This document shows, in pieces, positions 1 to 12,602 of a stretch of DNA of 64,000 nt. The stretch is from Camelus dromedarius (lineage: Eukaryota). The stretch is taken from NCBI RefSeq assembly GCF_036321535.1, contig NC_087454.1, forward strand, positions 27,714,001-27,778,000. Reading direction: 5' to 3'. How positions within the stretch are numbered: the stretch's first letter is position 1; each line of letters begins with the position of its first letter. The notes beneath the pieces are model-generated. The model did not search any database, had not been told where the DNA came from, and saw nothing but the letters and a program-made list of their open reading frames with translations. The position numbers and the translations under genes were made by a program.

Positions 1-49
1 AGCTTGGGGATTCACGTCAAAACCTTCTCCTGGTCTTAGCTCATTTTTC

Positions 50-530
50 AAAAAGATTTTGTTTAAAAGTCCTATGTCCATCAAAATCAGTGATGTCATG
101 AAGACAAAGAAAAATTAAGGAACCATTTCAGGTTAAATGAAACTTACAGAGACATGACAACCGAATACAACCTGTAACTGGAACTTTTTTCTTCTTTGGC
201 TATAAAGCTTATCATTGGGACTACTGTGACATTTGAATAAGGCCTGCAGATTAGATACTAGCCCTGTATCAATGCTACTTTCCTGGTTTTTATCATTCCA
301 TTGGGGTTATGTAAGAGAAGACCTTGTTTTAAGTATACACACTAAAATATTTAGGANNNNNNNNNNNNNNNNNNNNNNNNNNNNNNNNNNNNNNNNNNNN
401 NNNNNNNNNNNNNNNNNNNNNNNNNNNNNNNNNNNNNNNNNNNNNNNNNNNNNNNNNNNNNNNNNNNNNNNNNNNNNNNNNNNNNNNNNNNNNNNNTTTC
501 TGTACAATTCTTGCAACTTCCCTTTATCTG
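50..530 (+). mobile_element. Ancient L1MC/ME-like 3' fragment
   Basis: gagacatgacaaccgaatacaa...catttgaataaggcctgcagattagat...gtatcaatgctactttcctgg. Confidence 0.65.
357..496. other. N-run (140 nt)
   Basis: Directly visible. Confidence 1.
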
Positions 531-869
531 AAATTATCAAAATAACTAGGCGAGAAGGGAGAAAGTCTGCTGACCAGCCCATGGCCCTCCTGCTGAACTT
601 TCTCTAGTCCTCTGAAGTTTCTGGAGCCCAGATCTGGACACCAAAGTAATGAGTGAAAGAGTTCTCAGCACTCCTGATTTCTGCATGTTGGGATTCTACT
701 TGTGCCCCTGGCGGTTGTTGGCTATTGTGGAAATAAGATGCGGCCGGTGTGGAATTATCTATGTTACAAGTTATACGCAGAAAATCCTTCCTTCTTCTTA
801 TGCACATTATGACCTGGAGCTAGAAGGAGCCATACAGATCGAATCCAAGCTTCTACCAGATTTATCATA

Positions 870-1090
870 TCCTCATTTATCTCCTGAGACAGGTGAACCC
901 ACATTCCTTTTAAACACTTTTGGAGAATGGACTTTCTCCCTCTGTCACAGCCCATCCCATTGCTGGTCAATTTTGACCATCAGAAAATTCCTCAGCCTAC
1001 TGAGTAGAAATCTACCTTCCTGGGACCTCTACCCACTGAACCTGGTGCTGTTTTCTGGATGGTGTTACAGCACCCCCAAACTTGAACCCC
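870..1090. mobile_element. Possible L3/CR1 fragment
   Basis: tcagaaaattcctcagcctactgagtagaaatctaccttcctgggacctctacccactgaacctggtgctg resembles the CR1/L3 3' region. Confidence 0.35.
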
Positions 1091-1849
1091 ATGATCTTAG
1101 TCATTCTACCCTGAACAAGTTTGAGTTTGTCAATGTCCTTCTAGAAGGTAAACGCACCACTCCAGGTCCAGCTTGACAATCGGAGGCAGAGGGAACACAA
1201 CCTCCGCAGTGCTGAATATTCTGTTCAGCCAGCCTCAGATGGAATGAGGCTTGCTGGTAACTGCATTACACAAATCACTCAATAAATTTAGACTCAACTT
1301 AAACCACAGTTTTCTCTTGTGAACCACAGTTCACTGCTATTGGTTTCAGCAGTTACCACCACCCAACATCACATTATATCTCTGAGTTTGCTGAACATCA
1401 GTCCCTACCCACTAGAATGTAAGCTTCATGAAGGCAGGGGCTTTGTCGTCTTCTCCAACACCTAGAACAAGTCCGGGCCCATATCACACATTCACTAAAT
1501 ACCTGCTGAATAAATCAATTCAGCGTACCTATAATATGTAAGCCATCTCTCACTTACCTTATACTTGTATTAATTTATTTACAGTTCATGCCCAGTCTAC
1601 TAACAAGAGGGGCTGGAGGTAACTTTGCAAAGGACTTTTTAACTTCAGAGCAAACTTTGTTCTTGTTGGAATTTATGTTTTATTACATTTGTACCATTAG
1701 TTACAGCCGGTTGAGATCTAATTCCTGGCTCTCTCAACCAGCCTATAGGCTATCCTTCCCAGTGTCCAGCCATTCATTCGAGAATGAGTCTCCACTGCAG
1801 CCACACTGGTCTTGCTGTTCCTCAAACACTCGAAGGGGCTGTAGTTCCA

Positions 1850-2375
1850 AGATCTTTGCTTTGTTTGTTCCCTCTGCTGGAACCACATCCCCCCCCCCAA
1901 CCCCATTATAATCCAGTTCCTCACCTTCAAGTCACTGTTCAAATGCTTCCTTCTCAGTGAGGCTGACATTGGTTATCTGGTTTAGAGCATTTATTTTTAA
2001 TGGAGGTACTGGGGATGGAACCTAGGGATGCACTCTACTACTGAGCTATACCCACACACCCCACCTTTTTTTAGAGGATATTTTTAAAGTGTCATCCAAT
2101 TTAAAATGGAAAAATGTCCCCCTCTCTAGGACTATCCTCCTTACCCAGGTCCATATTTTCATTTTGTCCATAATGCTTACCACCTTTTAATGAGCTTTAC
2201 CATTTTGCTTATTTATTGTGTATACTGCTTGCTGTCTGCCCTACTAGTCTTGCCCCTTACTATACAAGGGAAGGAATTTTTGCCTTTTTGTTCACTGATG
2301 TATCCCAAGTACACAGAACAATGCCTGGCACATAATGGATACGCAATAAATATTTGTGGAATGAATGAATGGACA
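1850..2375 (+). mobile_element. L2 3' end interrupted by a SINE
   Basis: ttcaaatgcttccttctcagtgaggc...agaacaatgcctggcacataatggatacgcaataaatatttgtggaatgaatgaatg. Confidence 0.65.
1991..2053 (-). mobile_element. tRNA-Ala-derived SINE (vic-1-like), internally deleted
   Basis: tggaggtactggggatggaacctagg...ctactactgagctataccc; lacks the anticodon segment. Confidence 0.75.
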
Positions 2376-3032
2376 ACTGCTCTGGACCCAGGAATGTACA
2401 TGACATCAAGACGAATAAGACACAAAGGTGCCAGCTGATCACATGCCACCCATGTTACCTCCTAAGTCCCTGGTGAAAATATGCGATGGGACAGAGCTGC
2501 CTTCCTCCAGAATGGTATCAATGTATTAACCAACTGCCTCAGTGTAAGGAGGGAAAACAAAATGAAACAGAATGTCATTAATAACTTTATTTCAAAAAAA
2601 ATTTTAATGGCATTTGAAAATGCCCATCTTATATACAACTGGGTCAGTGGGGGATACAATAGAGCCTGTGGTCAGTAATACAGCCCATGATCCCAATTAT
2701 AGGAAAATAGCTGTCTACAAGATTGGAAAGAAATGTACCAAAATACTAACAGTGATTATTTCTGAGTAGTGGGATGATGGTTCATTTTCATTTTCTTCTT
2801 TATATTTTTCAAAGTTTCTGCAATAAGCCAGTATTTCTCTTCCAGGGAGAAGAGTGCTAACCAATGTATGGGTACTCTTCCTTGTTGTTATACCATTATC
2901 TGGATTTCTCAGCCACATGAGTCCTCATCAAGGCAGTGAGAACTCAGGTGATACCTTCCTGAAATTGACCTAGCCCTCAGAAAGTTTTCAGTCTAGTTAG
3001 TATCAGTAGCAAATACACACACAAGGTGCCAT

Positions 3033-3170
3033 TATCATTTCCATATTATAGATGAAGAAACTGAGGTTCAAAGAGGTTAAAGTAACTTGTTCAAGGAAGG
3101 TCATGGATCTGAGCCTACATTTTGAACCCAGGTAGTCCAGCTCCAGAATGGATGTTCTTAACCACTCTAC
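3033..3170 (-). mobile_element. MIR
   Basis: atagatgaagaaactgaggttcaaagaggttaaagtaacttgttcaagg...tgaacccagg. Confidence 0.8.
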
Positions 3171-5434
3171 CCTGTTACATAAACTCAAACTGGCACCTCC
3201 CAAGGAATGATGATACGGAATGATAGTAGTGGAAGCTATAAGGGGGAGGGTGGGAGATAACGAGATAACATTTACTGGATGTACCAGGTACTTGATATGC
3301 AGTACCTCATTTAGTTCTTGCAACTACCCTGGGGAAAAGATACTATTTTCATCTCCTGTTATAAATGAGGAAACTGAGACTCAGACAAGGGTGTGAAGCT
3401 CTGCTGTGACACTAACCCCTTTGGCCTTCAGTTCCTCCTCTACTACATGGGGATAAGAATTCCCACCTCACTGACTGTTGGGAAGTATGAGGTGAGAAAA
3501 TAGATTCCAACGCTCATCGCAGTGCCCAGCATAAGTTAAAAGCATCATAAAAGCTCCTGCTGCTATGATTCCTGATTCCAAAGTTCAGACTCTTTCAACT
3601 ACCACAGGCTGCCTCGCTAAGCGAGCAAAGGAGAGGAATTAATTCTGAGCACTGCCATCAGGAAATGTTTGATGAATGAATGGAATCACAAGGGAGGTGC
3701 CCCCTGAAGGGACGCCTTGATGGGGCAGCGTCTGGCCAGGTGGAGGAGGGCAGGGACCCGCCCTGGAGGCACAAAGAGGCACAGTTTGTTCCTGTCCCTC
3801 GCCCTGGCTCTCCCCTGCCCTGCACCCTCTCTGCTCTGCGCCCTTCCTTCCGGTTCTCCCGCCCTCCACCCTGGGTCTCTTGCCTCAGCTGTTTCCTTAA
3901 TCAGGGCCCTGCAGCCTCTGCAGCAGGGAGTGGGAGCCCCTGGGTCTGGGATGGCCCCTGATAAACAGCTGGAGCCCTTGTTTGCAGAATCTGTCACATC
4001 CAAAGGGAAAGTAGAAACAAACCACCAGAGCTTGGGGGGTGGGCGGGGACGGCCAATAATATGTCACATCACTACTGGGGCCCCTCCACTCTGTCAAGCC
4101 TCTACATCTGGGTCCTCCCACTCGTCCTTCAAGACCCAGTGTAGCAATGTCTCCTCTCCACAAAGCCTTCCTTGACTGCACCCCCAGCCCCCAGCCCTTG
4201 CAAGCTGCCACTGCGAGCAGCACAGAATCCACTCCTGCCATTTATTACATTAAGTGGAAACTGCTCAAGTGTTGGGGTCCCAACCAGCCTGGGAGCTCTA
4301 GAGGGCAGAGGGTTTGTCTCATGGCCTAGCAGAGCTTAAGAAATGTCGGTGGGAATCCTGCAACAATTGAGTAAAATATGGGTGGACTGTTAACCCAGGT
4401 ATTCAAAAATCTATGTAGTGACATAGAAAAAACTGTTGCAATGGTATGTAGATAGAAGTCAAGGTCTGGGAATTTTTTATTTTTTGAAAATAATAATTAG
4501 CACTTTATATTTTAGCCTAAAATGTGCACTTGAGAGGCCATTTTCATTTCACTTGAGAGATTTAAGAATAATGCCCTTTTCCTTCACTTTCATATTCCCA
4601 AAACAAAACAAGGTATCTCCCCCTCCTTTTTAAAAATACTTCAACTAGATATTAAGTGTTAAGGTTTTTAAATCATTTTGATTAGTCACTGGGATATTTC
4701 AGTCATGTTCTAAAATGTACAAATTAGATCTTTCTGTGTTTTCAGGCAAACTACTCCATTTTTTCAAACCGTTGTAAACTGCAGTCTACAGCTGTATCAT
4801 ATGTAATGCATTAATGGTATGGATTCATTTTGTATAATTTTAGATACTTATGTACATTTACATAGCATAAAAAATGTCCAAAAAGGGACATGCAACATTG
4901 GGTATGCAAAGTGACCCTACCTTTGTAAAAATAAAAAAGATTGTTTATGAACAGCATTCTATGCTCTTATTTTAAAAGAATAAAACTATGAGTGTAGATG
5001 CACAGAAAAAAAGATTCAGAAGGCCACATACCAGCCCTAAGCCCTGGTTTTCCCTGCGGCATAGGACTAGGTGGGTGGGGCGAAATTTGCACCTGTATTT
5101 TCTTCCTGTCTATAATGTGTTTTTACAGTGATAAAGTTTGTTTTACTTTCATAATTACATTCTTTTACTGTTCAATTTAATGAATTTAACTTAATAGTAA
5201 ATATAAAAGTCAATTATTTAAGTAGCTGTTTAAGTTATTGCATGACAAGTATTTAAATAATAAAGATAGAAGGCTGGAAGGAAACACAAATAAACTAGGG
5301 CTGTCTTTGGGTGGTAAGAACTCTGAGCAATTTTTCTGGCCTTTTCCTATTTTTCTATATTGTCCAAATTTCCTACACTGAGCAAACATTCATTTTATAA
5401 TTTTTTAAAACCTTAAAAATTAAGACTGAGTGAA

Positions 5435-5464
5435 TAAATGAATGAATGAATGAATGAATGAACG
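5435..5464 (+). repeat. (GAAT)n microsatellite, L2 tail
   Basis: aaatgaatgaatgaatgaatgaatgaacg. Confidence 0.9.
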
Positions 5465-7340
5465 CACAACTTTCCCAAGCCCCACTCTGGGTCTGCATCT
5501 GACTCAACATGCAGGAGATTCTTGGCTGTCTCTCTGTCCTCTCTTGCTTCACTATGTGGATCAGGTCCTCAGAAGGACCCTGTCCATGGCTGTGCATGGT
5601 TCAAGCCTCCATCCACAATGCCCTCCCCAGATCTGGACACCTGAGGGGTGAGGGCCTAGAGCAAGAATCCCTGGCTCTGGTCAAGATGATCATGCCTCCT
5701 GCCATGCCCTCCCCTCTATCTCCCAGCTCTCTAAACTCTACCTGTTCACTCCAGAGACTGCTCAGCTCTCCTGGAAGCCCTCCCCTCACACCCAGCCTTC
5801 CCTGCCCTCCGTCACCACGGAATGCCCACGGCACAGAGAGCTTGTACCCCAAGACTGCATACTTGCAGCCTCATTTGTTGGACCAGCATTTATTAAGGGG
5901 GTACTGCATGCAGTGAGGGGTATACGTTGGAGAAACCGGGAGTGGAGCCCAAAGTCATCAGGCACAGACGGTCACCCTTCATATGGGTTGAATGAATGAA
6001 TGAATGATGGAAGAGTGGACGCTAAGTCACAGACCCGGTCCTCAAGGAGCTCTCAGTCTAGTGAGATGAGAAGCTGCACCCACACTGGGACACTAGGACA
6101 TGCTCCCCAAGAGGCGGGATATGTGGGGAGTAGCCAAGTGAATTTAAGCCCAGCCTCGAAGAATGGCCAAATCTGGACAGACAAGGGTGGATGGGAGGAG
6201 GACAGAGTGCATTCAGAGAAGGGGGACAGTATGAGCCAAGCGATGAAAGCAAGGACACCCCAGGATGAACCAGGCACTCTTGTTGGCAGGAGTAGGGTGA
6301 TAAAGGTTGATGGCAGGTAAAAGGGCTGGAAAGGTGGGTTGAGCCCAGATGCCAGGAGAACCAGAGCACCATGATAACTCAGATTTGATTTCACAGGTCC
6401 TGGGAAGGAAGCCTCTGATGGTCTTTGAGCAGTGATGCTGCAGAAACACACACTAATCCAGGCGAGCGCTTCCAGAGGCCTGGGGGAGGCAGGCAGCCAC
6501 AGGAGCAGGGAAGAAGCGCAGAGCGGACATCACAACCGCTGTTCCCTTCAAGGAAGAAAGTCACACCCACAGGCCAAAGTGCCCCTTCCCCATCTCACTT
6601 TCCTCTATAACTTCTTCTACGCTCGCCAGCATCTAGCAGCGTATCCCGGGACACACTAGAAGGAGTGAATGAAGAAATGGATGAAGAAATGATTGGATCC
6701 CAGGCTGGCAAGGAACATCTTTGGGCACATATTAAAAGGGTGGAGGTGGGGAAGGGATGGGAGGGTTAGTGGAAAATAAAACAAACAATCGTTTTGTTAC
6801 CACTTCCTCTCGGGCCGGGTCACAGTTTCTAACGGTGTGCGGCAGGCACACAGTCTGGCACGCGCACATCCACACAGACACACAAAGAGCTATTTATTTA
6901 CTTCCTTTGTGGGGGGTGGGAAGTAAATAAAGACCAGGTCAAAACAGGCTCCCCCAAAGCGCCGGGGGGTCTTCCCCAGGTGTTGATGCAGCACTTGGCT
7001 TAGAGGAGTCACAGGTGGCTGCCTGCTCATGTCACCCCCCGCTCCCTTGTTGCACGTGTGGGTCTGGTTCACTGGGGAGGCCTCTTGTGCAGCCGGGAAG
7101 TAGGACAAAGGGAGAGGGGGGCAGTGGGGCAAGGCTTCCTCACCCCTCCTCCAGTGCTGGCCAGGGCAGCAAAACTCACCCACCCACCCAAAAGAGTCAG
7201 CAGTGGTGCGGCGTGGGCGCCAGCCCAAGAGTCGGTCCAGGGTGCTGGAGGGCCCGGCTGCCCATCCTGAGATGCTGAATGTCGAAGGGAGGGTAGGTTG
7301 GGGCGGGGGCATCACGTCTATATCATCCCGCGTGGAGGTA

Positions 7341-7905
7341 CAGTCATCCTCATTATTCATGGATTCTCTGTGAGTTTGCCTACTCGCTAACATTTGTCTG
7401 TAACTCCCCAGTCAATACTCCTGCCTCTCTGGTGGTCATTCGAGGACATGCATAGAGCTGGGAAAAATTTGAGCCACCTGACAGGCACGTTCTCAGCTGA
7501 GATGGAACCCTGCGAGGCTCCGCCCTCTTGTTACAGCTCTTGTGCTGTGAACAAGTGTCCTTTTCAGTCTGTTCAGTGCCACCTTTCCAGCACTTTCAGC
7601 CTTTCTGTTGAAAACACCCCCCCATTACGTGTAGTGCCGACGTGCCAACGACTCTAAATGCAAGAAGGCTGTGACGGGGGCCAGCTGAGCTTCGTTCGGG
7701 CACGAGTTCCAGTGCCCTTGGCCGTGGGTTCAACATGAATGCATCAACAAGAGATATTAAATAAGCTGTCTTTAAACAGAAACACACAGAACAAGTGTAT
7801 TGATCAGTTGATGAAAATGTTGGGAACAGTGGCTCACAAGTCACTAATTCAGTCTTTTCAATGACTTCATAGAACATAACTATTGCGAATAACAAAAACA
7901 GACTG
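7341..7905. mobile_element. TcMar-Tigger non-autonomous DNA transposon (MER82-like)
   Basis: TA on both flanks (7339-7340 and 7906-7907); imperfect TIRs CAGTC...TTATTC at both ends. The family name is tentative. Confidence 0.75.
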
Positions 7906-8189
7906 TATTTCAATGTTATAATAATTGGGCAGCCATATCTTTGGGTTCCTGTGAATGCTGGTCTCCCCCCCCCCCCCCACCCGCTGCTGAACACCTGCTA
8001 AGTACAAATCCGACACTAAAAGCCAAAAGTATGGACTGGAGACAGGACCCCTGCCCTCTTACTGACCATCACAGAGGTGGGGGCATGTGACTCTGAGGTT
8101 TTATTTATTTATTTGGCCTAGATCCCTGGGTTTACACACCAGTGTTGGGGCCTCCAACTTTTGTCAATGTTTTCATGATAACAGTAAAC

Positions 8190-8360
8190 ACCTGTATTTA
8201 ATAGCAGCTGGACACGTGCTCTGTGCCAGGCACTGTTCCGAGCGCCACACATACACGGAGCTTCCCAATGACGCTGTAAGGCAGGTGCTATTATTATTCT
8301 CGACTTAAAGATAAGGACACTGAGGCACAGAGAGGTTAAGAACTCACCCAGGGCACAGAG
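8190..8360 (-). mobile_element. MIR
   Basis: tgtgccaggcactgttc...aggacactgaggcacagagaggttaagaactcacccaggg. Confidence 0.75.
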
Positions 8361-9169
8361 CCACGGGATGGGAGAGACGAGGGGTTCAGGCCACTTGCTG
8401 TGACATGAAAGGCAAGGCAGACTTTCTCATGCGGCTCTCAGCCCTCCCTCTTCCATGCCAGTGGCCCCACTCCGTAGCAAGAGAGCATGAAGTGACACTG
8501 GGAGGCCACTGAGGGGTCCGGGCACGCCTCAGGGAATAAGGTGAGGGAAGCCAAGCTGAGCAGGGAGACAGAGGGTCTGGGATGTGCAGTGAGAGGAAGC
8601 AGGGAGCCAGCATGGCTCTCGGAGAAGGCATAGGCCAGCTGCCTCTTCCCAGACTGGCGCTGAGGACTACAGGGCCTACGGGGGCCCAGAGAGGAGCCTC
8701 AGAGACCAGAGGCCCCACAGAGGAAGTGTCCCCACACAGATTTCCACCTCCCACACCGCTCTGTTTCCTGGAGCCCAGAGATGCAGCTGGTGACCTGGGG
8801 CCACAGGTAATAGGAGGGAGGGATCGGGGGTCGGAGCCCAGGAGGGACAGCCAGGGTGGATGAGGGGCTGTGAGAGGACATGTCCTCTAAGCTCAAAAGA
8901 AAAGTCACAAACCTTGCCAACTGAGAAAAAAGCAGATTCCACGCCTGGTATGTGAGAGGGAAGTGAAACCTTATCTCCAATGCCTGTTCCGCCCCCTCCC
9001 CACTGGCACCCACACCCACCCCGCCCCAGCCGCCCCAGGACAGCGGGCCCCCAGCACCCAGGTGAGGGCCTGCCACATGCTCTCAGGGGCTCCATTCGGG
9101 CCTTTTGAGCTCTGAGCCACAAGCATGGCTGCGATGGCCTGGTCTGTCCTCTACCAGGAGGCAGAAAGG

Positions 9170-9330
9170 GGACAGGGGAAACTGAGGGCTCATAAGCTCC
9201 ATGAGGTAAGGGGTTGGGTCTGCCTTGTTCTTGTCTCTTTCATCCACACTGAACACAGTGCCTGGGGCATCCATGGTCCCTGCTCACACAGACACTGAAT
9301 GGATGAATGAATGAGCAAATGAATGAAAGA
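9170..9330 (+). mobile_element. L2 3' end with (GAAT)n tail
   Basis: cataagctccatgagg...cagtgcctggggcat...gaatggatgaatgaatg. Confidence 0.65.
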
Positions 9331-11523
9331 AGGAATGAACAATGGGCCCAGAAGACTGCCTGTTGGCATCCAGCCACCTAGAGACTCCTATCTCCAGAGA
9401 GGGAAACCGTTCCCTGCATGTTGGACAAACTCAACCTCCTGCCTCAACTCTGCACTTTCTGTCTCTGAGACTGAGACTTGGCCCTGAGGGCCCTGGAACT
9501 CTCCTTCTCCTAATGCTTGAGATGATTACATCTGATCACTGAGGGGTGGGAACATGCCCCTTCTTCACCCCACCTGAGAAGAGCAAGGCCTCCCAAAGGG
9601 GCAGGTCCTACAGGGCTCCTGGACAAGGACTCTATGAGGAACTCCAAGGGGCTTCTGGCCAGGGCCAGGGAGAATCGAACCCTCTACTTTGACCAGAGAT
9701 GAGGCAGTCCAGGGCAGAGCCAGCATCCCCTGCCTCAGGCCTCCCCCAGAGAGAAGTCCAGCTGAGAACCCTTCTCTCAGAGGCTCCACAGAGAAAGGCC
9801 GTCCTCATGGATGTGACACAGGATCTCTGGGGCCTCGCCCATCAAGATTCTGGGGCAAAGGTTCCTAACTGCTCCCCAGCATCCATTTCCCCTCCTCATA
9901 CCTTTCGTACTAGAAGCTCCTTAGATATGATCCCCAAACTCCCTTGCAGCAAAATGTGGCAGGTGACCAACTTTCGGCCAAAGGGATAAGTGATCTGGTA
10001 ATTTTGGGGTCAAGTCCTGCAAAGGAAGGGTAGTGCCCCCTCCTTCCCTTGTCTCCCTTCCCACTGGCAGGGTCATGGACCCAGGGAATGTCGTGGTGTG
10101 CTGTCTTCAGTGTTGGGGGGCACGGACAAGCAACAGCTTGGGAGGCATGTGGGTCCTCAACCCTGTTCAGGGGTCCAACTGCCTACCCAGACTCGTATGT
10201 GAGAAAGTTCCATTTGTTTAGGCGTCTGAGTTTTGGGTCTCTGTGACAGCAGTCTAACCTCTCCCAACACCCATCACAACCCATTCTTTGGTGCCAGAAA
10301 GAAATCCATGTCCTCCTCATCCGTGTCCTCGGCCCTTCGGCTCCCTGTCACCTCACCCCACCAGATCTGCCTTCTCAAGTGTTAGAGAGGGCCTTGCGGG
10401 TAGGTAAGACCTTCTGGAACCCACCCCAGCGAATGCAAAGGAGACGAGTGTCCCCCTCCCTCACAGTACGCAATGTATTCTTCCCTCAAGTTGACTATTT
10501 CTCAAACTCTTCACCTCCTTTGGGAGAAAAGGCTCTTCCATGCTCACCTCCTCAGGCCAACCCCATCCTATGGGGAAAGCAGTGATGGGGGCGGGGGGGA
10601 GGCGGCAGGCAGAAAAGGTGTAGGCTTCAGATCTGAGCACCTATCTCCTCTTGACCACTTAGCAGCTGGGTAACCCTGGACAAATCTCTTGGCCTCTCTG
10701 AGCCTTGGTTTCTTCCTTTATAAACTGTGGCTCATGATAATTGTTTACGGGTTTGTGGAGGAAGTCAAGTTTCTAGATCTGTCAGGTCCCAGCAGCATGC
10801 CTGGCACACAGTAGGTGCTCACAAAACCATGGCTGTTACTACTACGGTGAGTAACGTGGGAATATCGAGAATACAGCTGGAGGAGAGCCCCGAGTCACCT
10901 CCCCAGGGGAGGGGGGCTGGAAAGGGGGTGAAGGAGAGAGCGGGGGAGAAGAGACCTTGGCCGTAAAGAGGAAGAGAAAGGCAGAGCTGGAGGTGATGAG
11001 GGGAGAGGAGAGGAAAGGGCTCAGCAATGCCCACGTTGGGCAAGAGGGTGGAGGGCCCAGCTGTGGTGTCTATCAGCTGCCTCCAGCTCACCCCAGCCTG
11101 GGGCCCATCTCACCCCATCTCCACCCAGCACTTCTGTCAGGGTCGGCCACCCTCACCACCACTGCCATTGTTGCTGCACCGTCAGCTGCTGTTTCTTGCC
11201 TCATCTTCCTTCCTGCCCCTGATAGGACAGAAGAAGGGGACGGGACGCAGCTGCCTTGCCCAGCAACCACCCTCCCCCATGGGCTGGAGCGCCCCGGGGT
11301 GCTTAAGAGCCCGGCCTCTGTAGACCGACAGACTGGGTTCTGTCCCCCACTCTTAGCCCTTAAGAGCTGGTGACCTCAGCAAGCCATGTGGCTGTCTAAG
11401 CCTTCAACTTCCTTGTCTGCACAATAGGGATAATGAGGTGGCCCAGAGGCAGGGATGAGATCACGTGCGGTTGAGCTGAGGGTCTGGCATTACAGCAAGG
11501 GTTCTATGAATGTTAGCGACGCT

Positions 11524-11676
11524 CAGGGCTGGCTTTCTGGGCATGTGACCTGTGCAGGGACACGGAACCCCGTGCTCAGAAGGGTTCCACCCTTGGTTTA
11601 ATGCTCTGTTGCCACCATCTTGAAATCCTTAATACTTTTCCAACAAGGGGCTCTACAAATTCCGTAGTCGGTGCTG
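11524..11676 (+). mobile_element. MER45A-like hAT-Tip100 element
   Basis: cagggctggctttctgggcatgtgacctgtgcag...ttggtttaatgctctgttgccaccatcttgaaatccttaat...gtagtcggtgctg. Confidence 0.85.
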
Positions 11677-12236
11677 GCTACTATGAGCAAGCATTCACTG
11701 AGTCTCCTGGCTGGGGGTGGCTCTGCAAGGGAGGAGGTGCCCAGCATTCCACTGGAGATGTGGAGATGTCAGAGGGCCTTGGGACTCCTGGGGAGTCATT
11801 TAAGTACAGTGATGTGGGACCCTGCCAGGTTGCCTGCAATTAGGGACTGAGAGGGTCGTGAGACACTCCCCCCACACACACCCTCCGTGGGCACTGGGGT
11901 GGGTGGGGGTGCCGTCCACTACCTGGGCTTGGGAGCTTACCACCACTTTCCTCTTTCAACAATCCTCCCACCAAGCGCAAAGGCGCCCGACGAACATCAA
12001 GGCAAACCCTGACCCATCTGCCCCCTGGTTTTGATCCTCCGTAGGTGAGGACAGAAGCCACGTACACATTCAGGAGTGTAGGAGTTACGTCCAGAGTTTT
12101 GTCCTACATCTTTGGGACACGGAAGTACTACATGGTAGGACCCAGAGCTGCCCTGAAGCCCCTCAGTGCCCACGTCTAGCTGAGTCTTGCTGTTCAGGTT
12201 GGAACTGGAATGGGGGTGACACAGAAGATAGGTATT

Positions 12237-12602
12237 CATATGATATCACTTATATGTGGAATCTAAAAAAAAGACACAAATGAACTTATTTACAAAACAG
12301 AAACAGATTCACAGACAGAAAACAAACTTATGGTTACCACGGGGAAAGGGAGTGGGAAGGGACAAATTGGGAGTTCGAGATTTGCAGATACTAACTACTA
12401 CATATAAAATAGATAAACAAGGTTCTACTGCAGAGCACAGGGAACTATATTCAATATCTTATAGCAACCTATAATGAAAAAGAATGCGAGAAGGAATATA
12501 TGTATGTACATGTATGACTGAAACATGCTGTAAGCCAGAAATTGACGCAACATTGTGAACTGACTACACTTCAATTAAAAGAATGAAAAAGAAAAAGAAA
12601 AA
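12237..12602 (+). mobile_element. 5'-truncated L1 3' end (cetartiodactyl/camelid type)
   Basis: atatcacttatatgtggaatctaaaaaa...gagcacagggaactatattcaatatctt...cttcaattaaaa plus an A-rich tail. Confidence 0.88.

Noticed and set aside
649-1176. 175-aa plus-strand ORF
   Set aside because: Overlaps decayed repeat-like sequence (possible L3/CR1), with no domain similarity and no promoter or splice context.
6737-6770. Isolated G-quadruplex motifs (also about 13285-13345)
   Set aside because: Common in GC-rich mammalian DNA; nothing singles these out.
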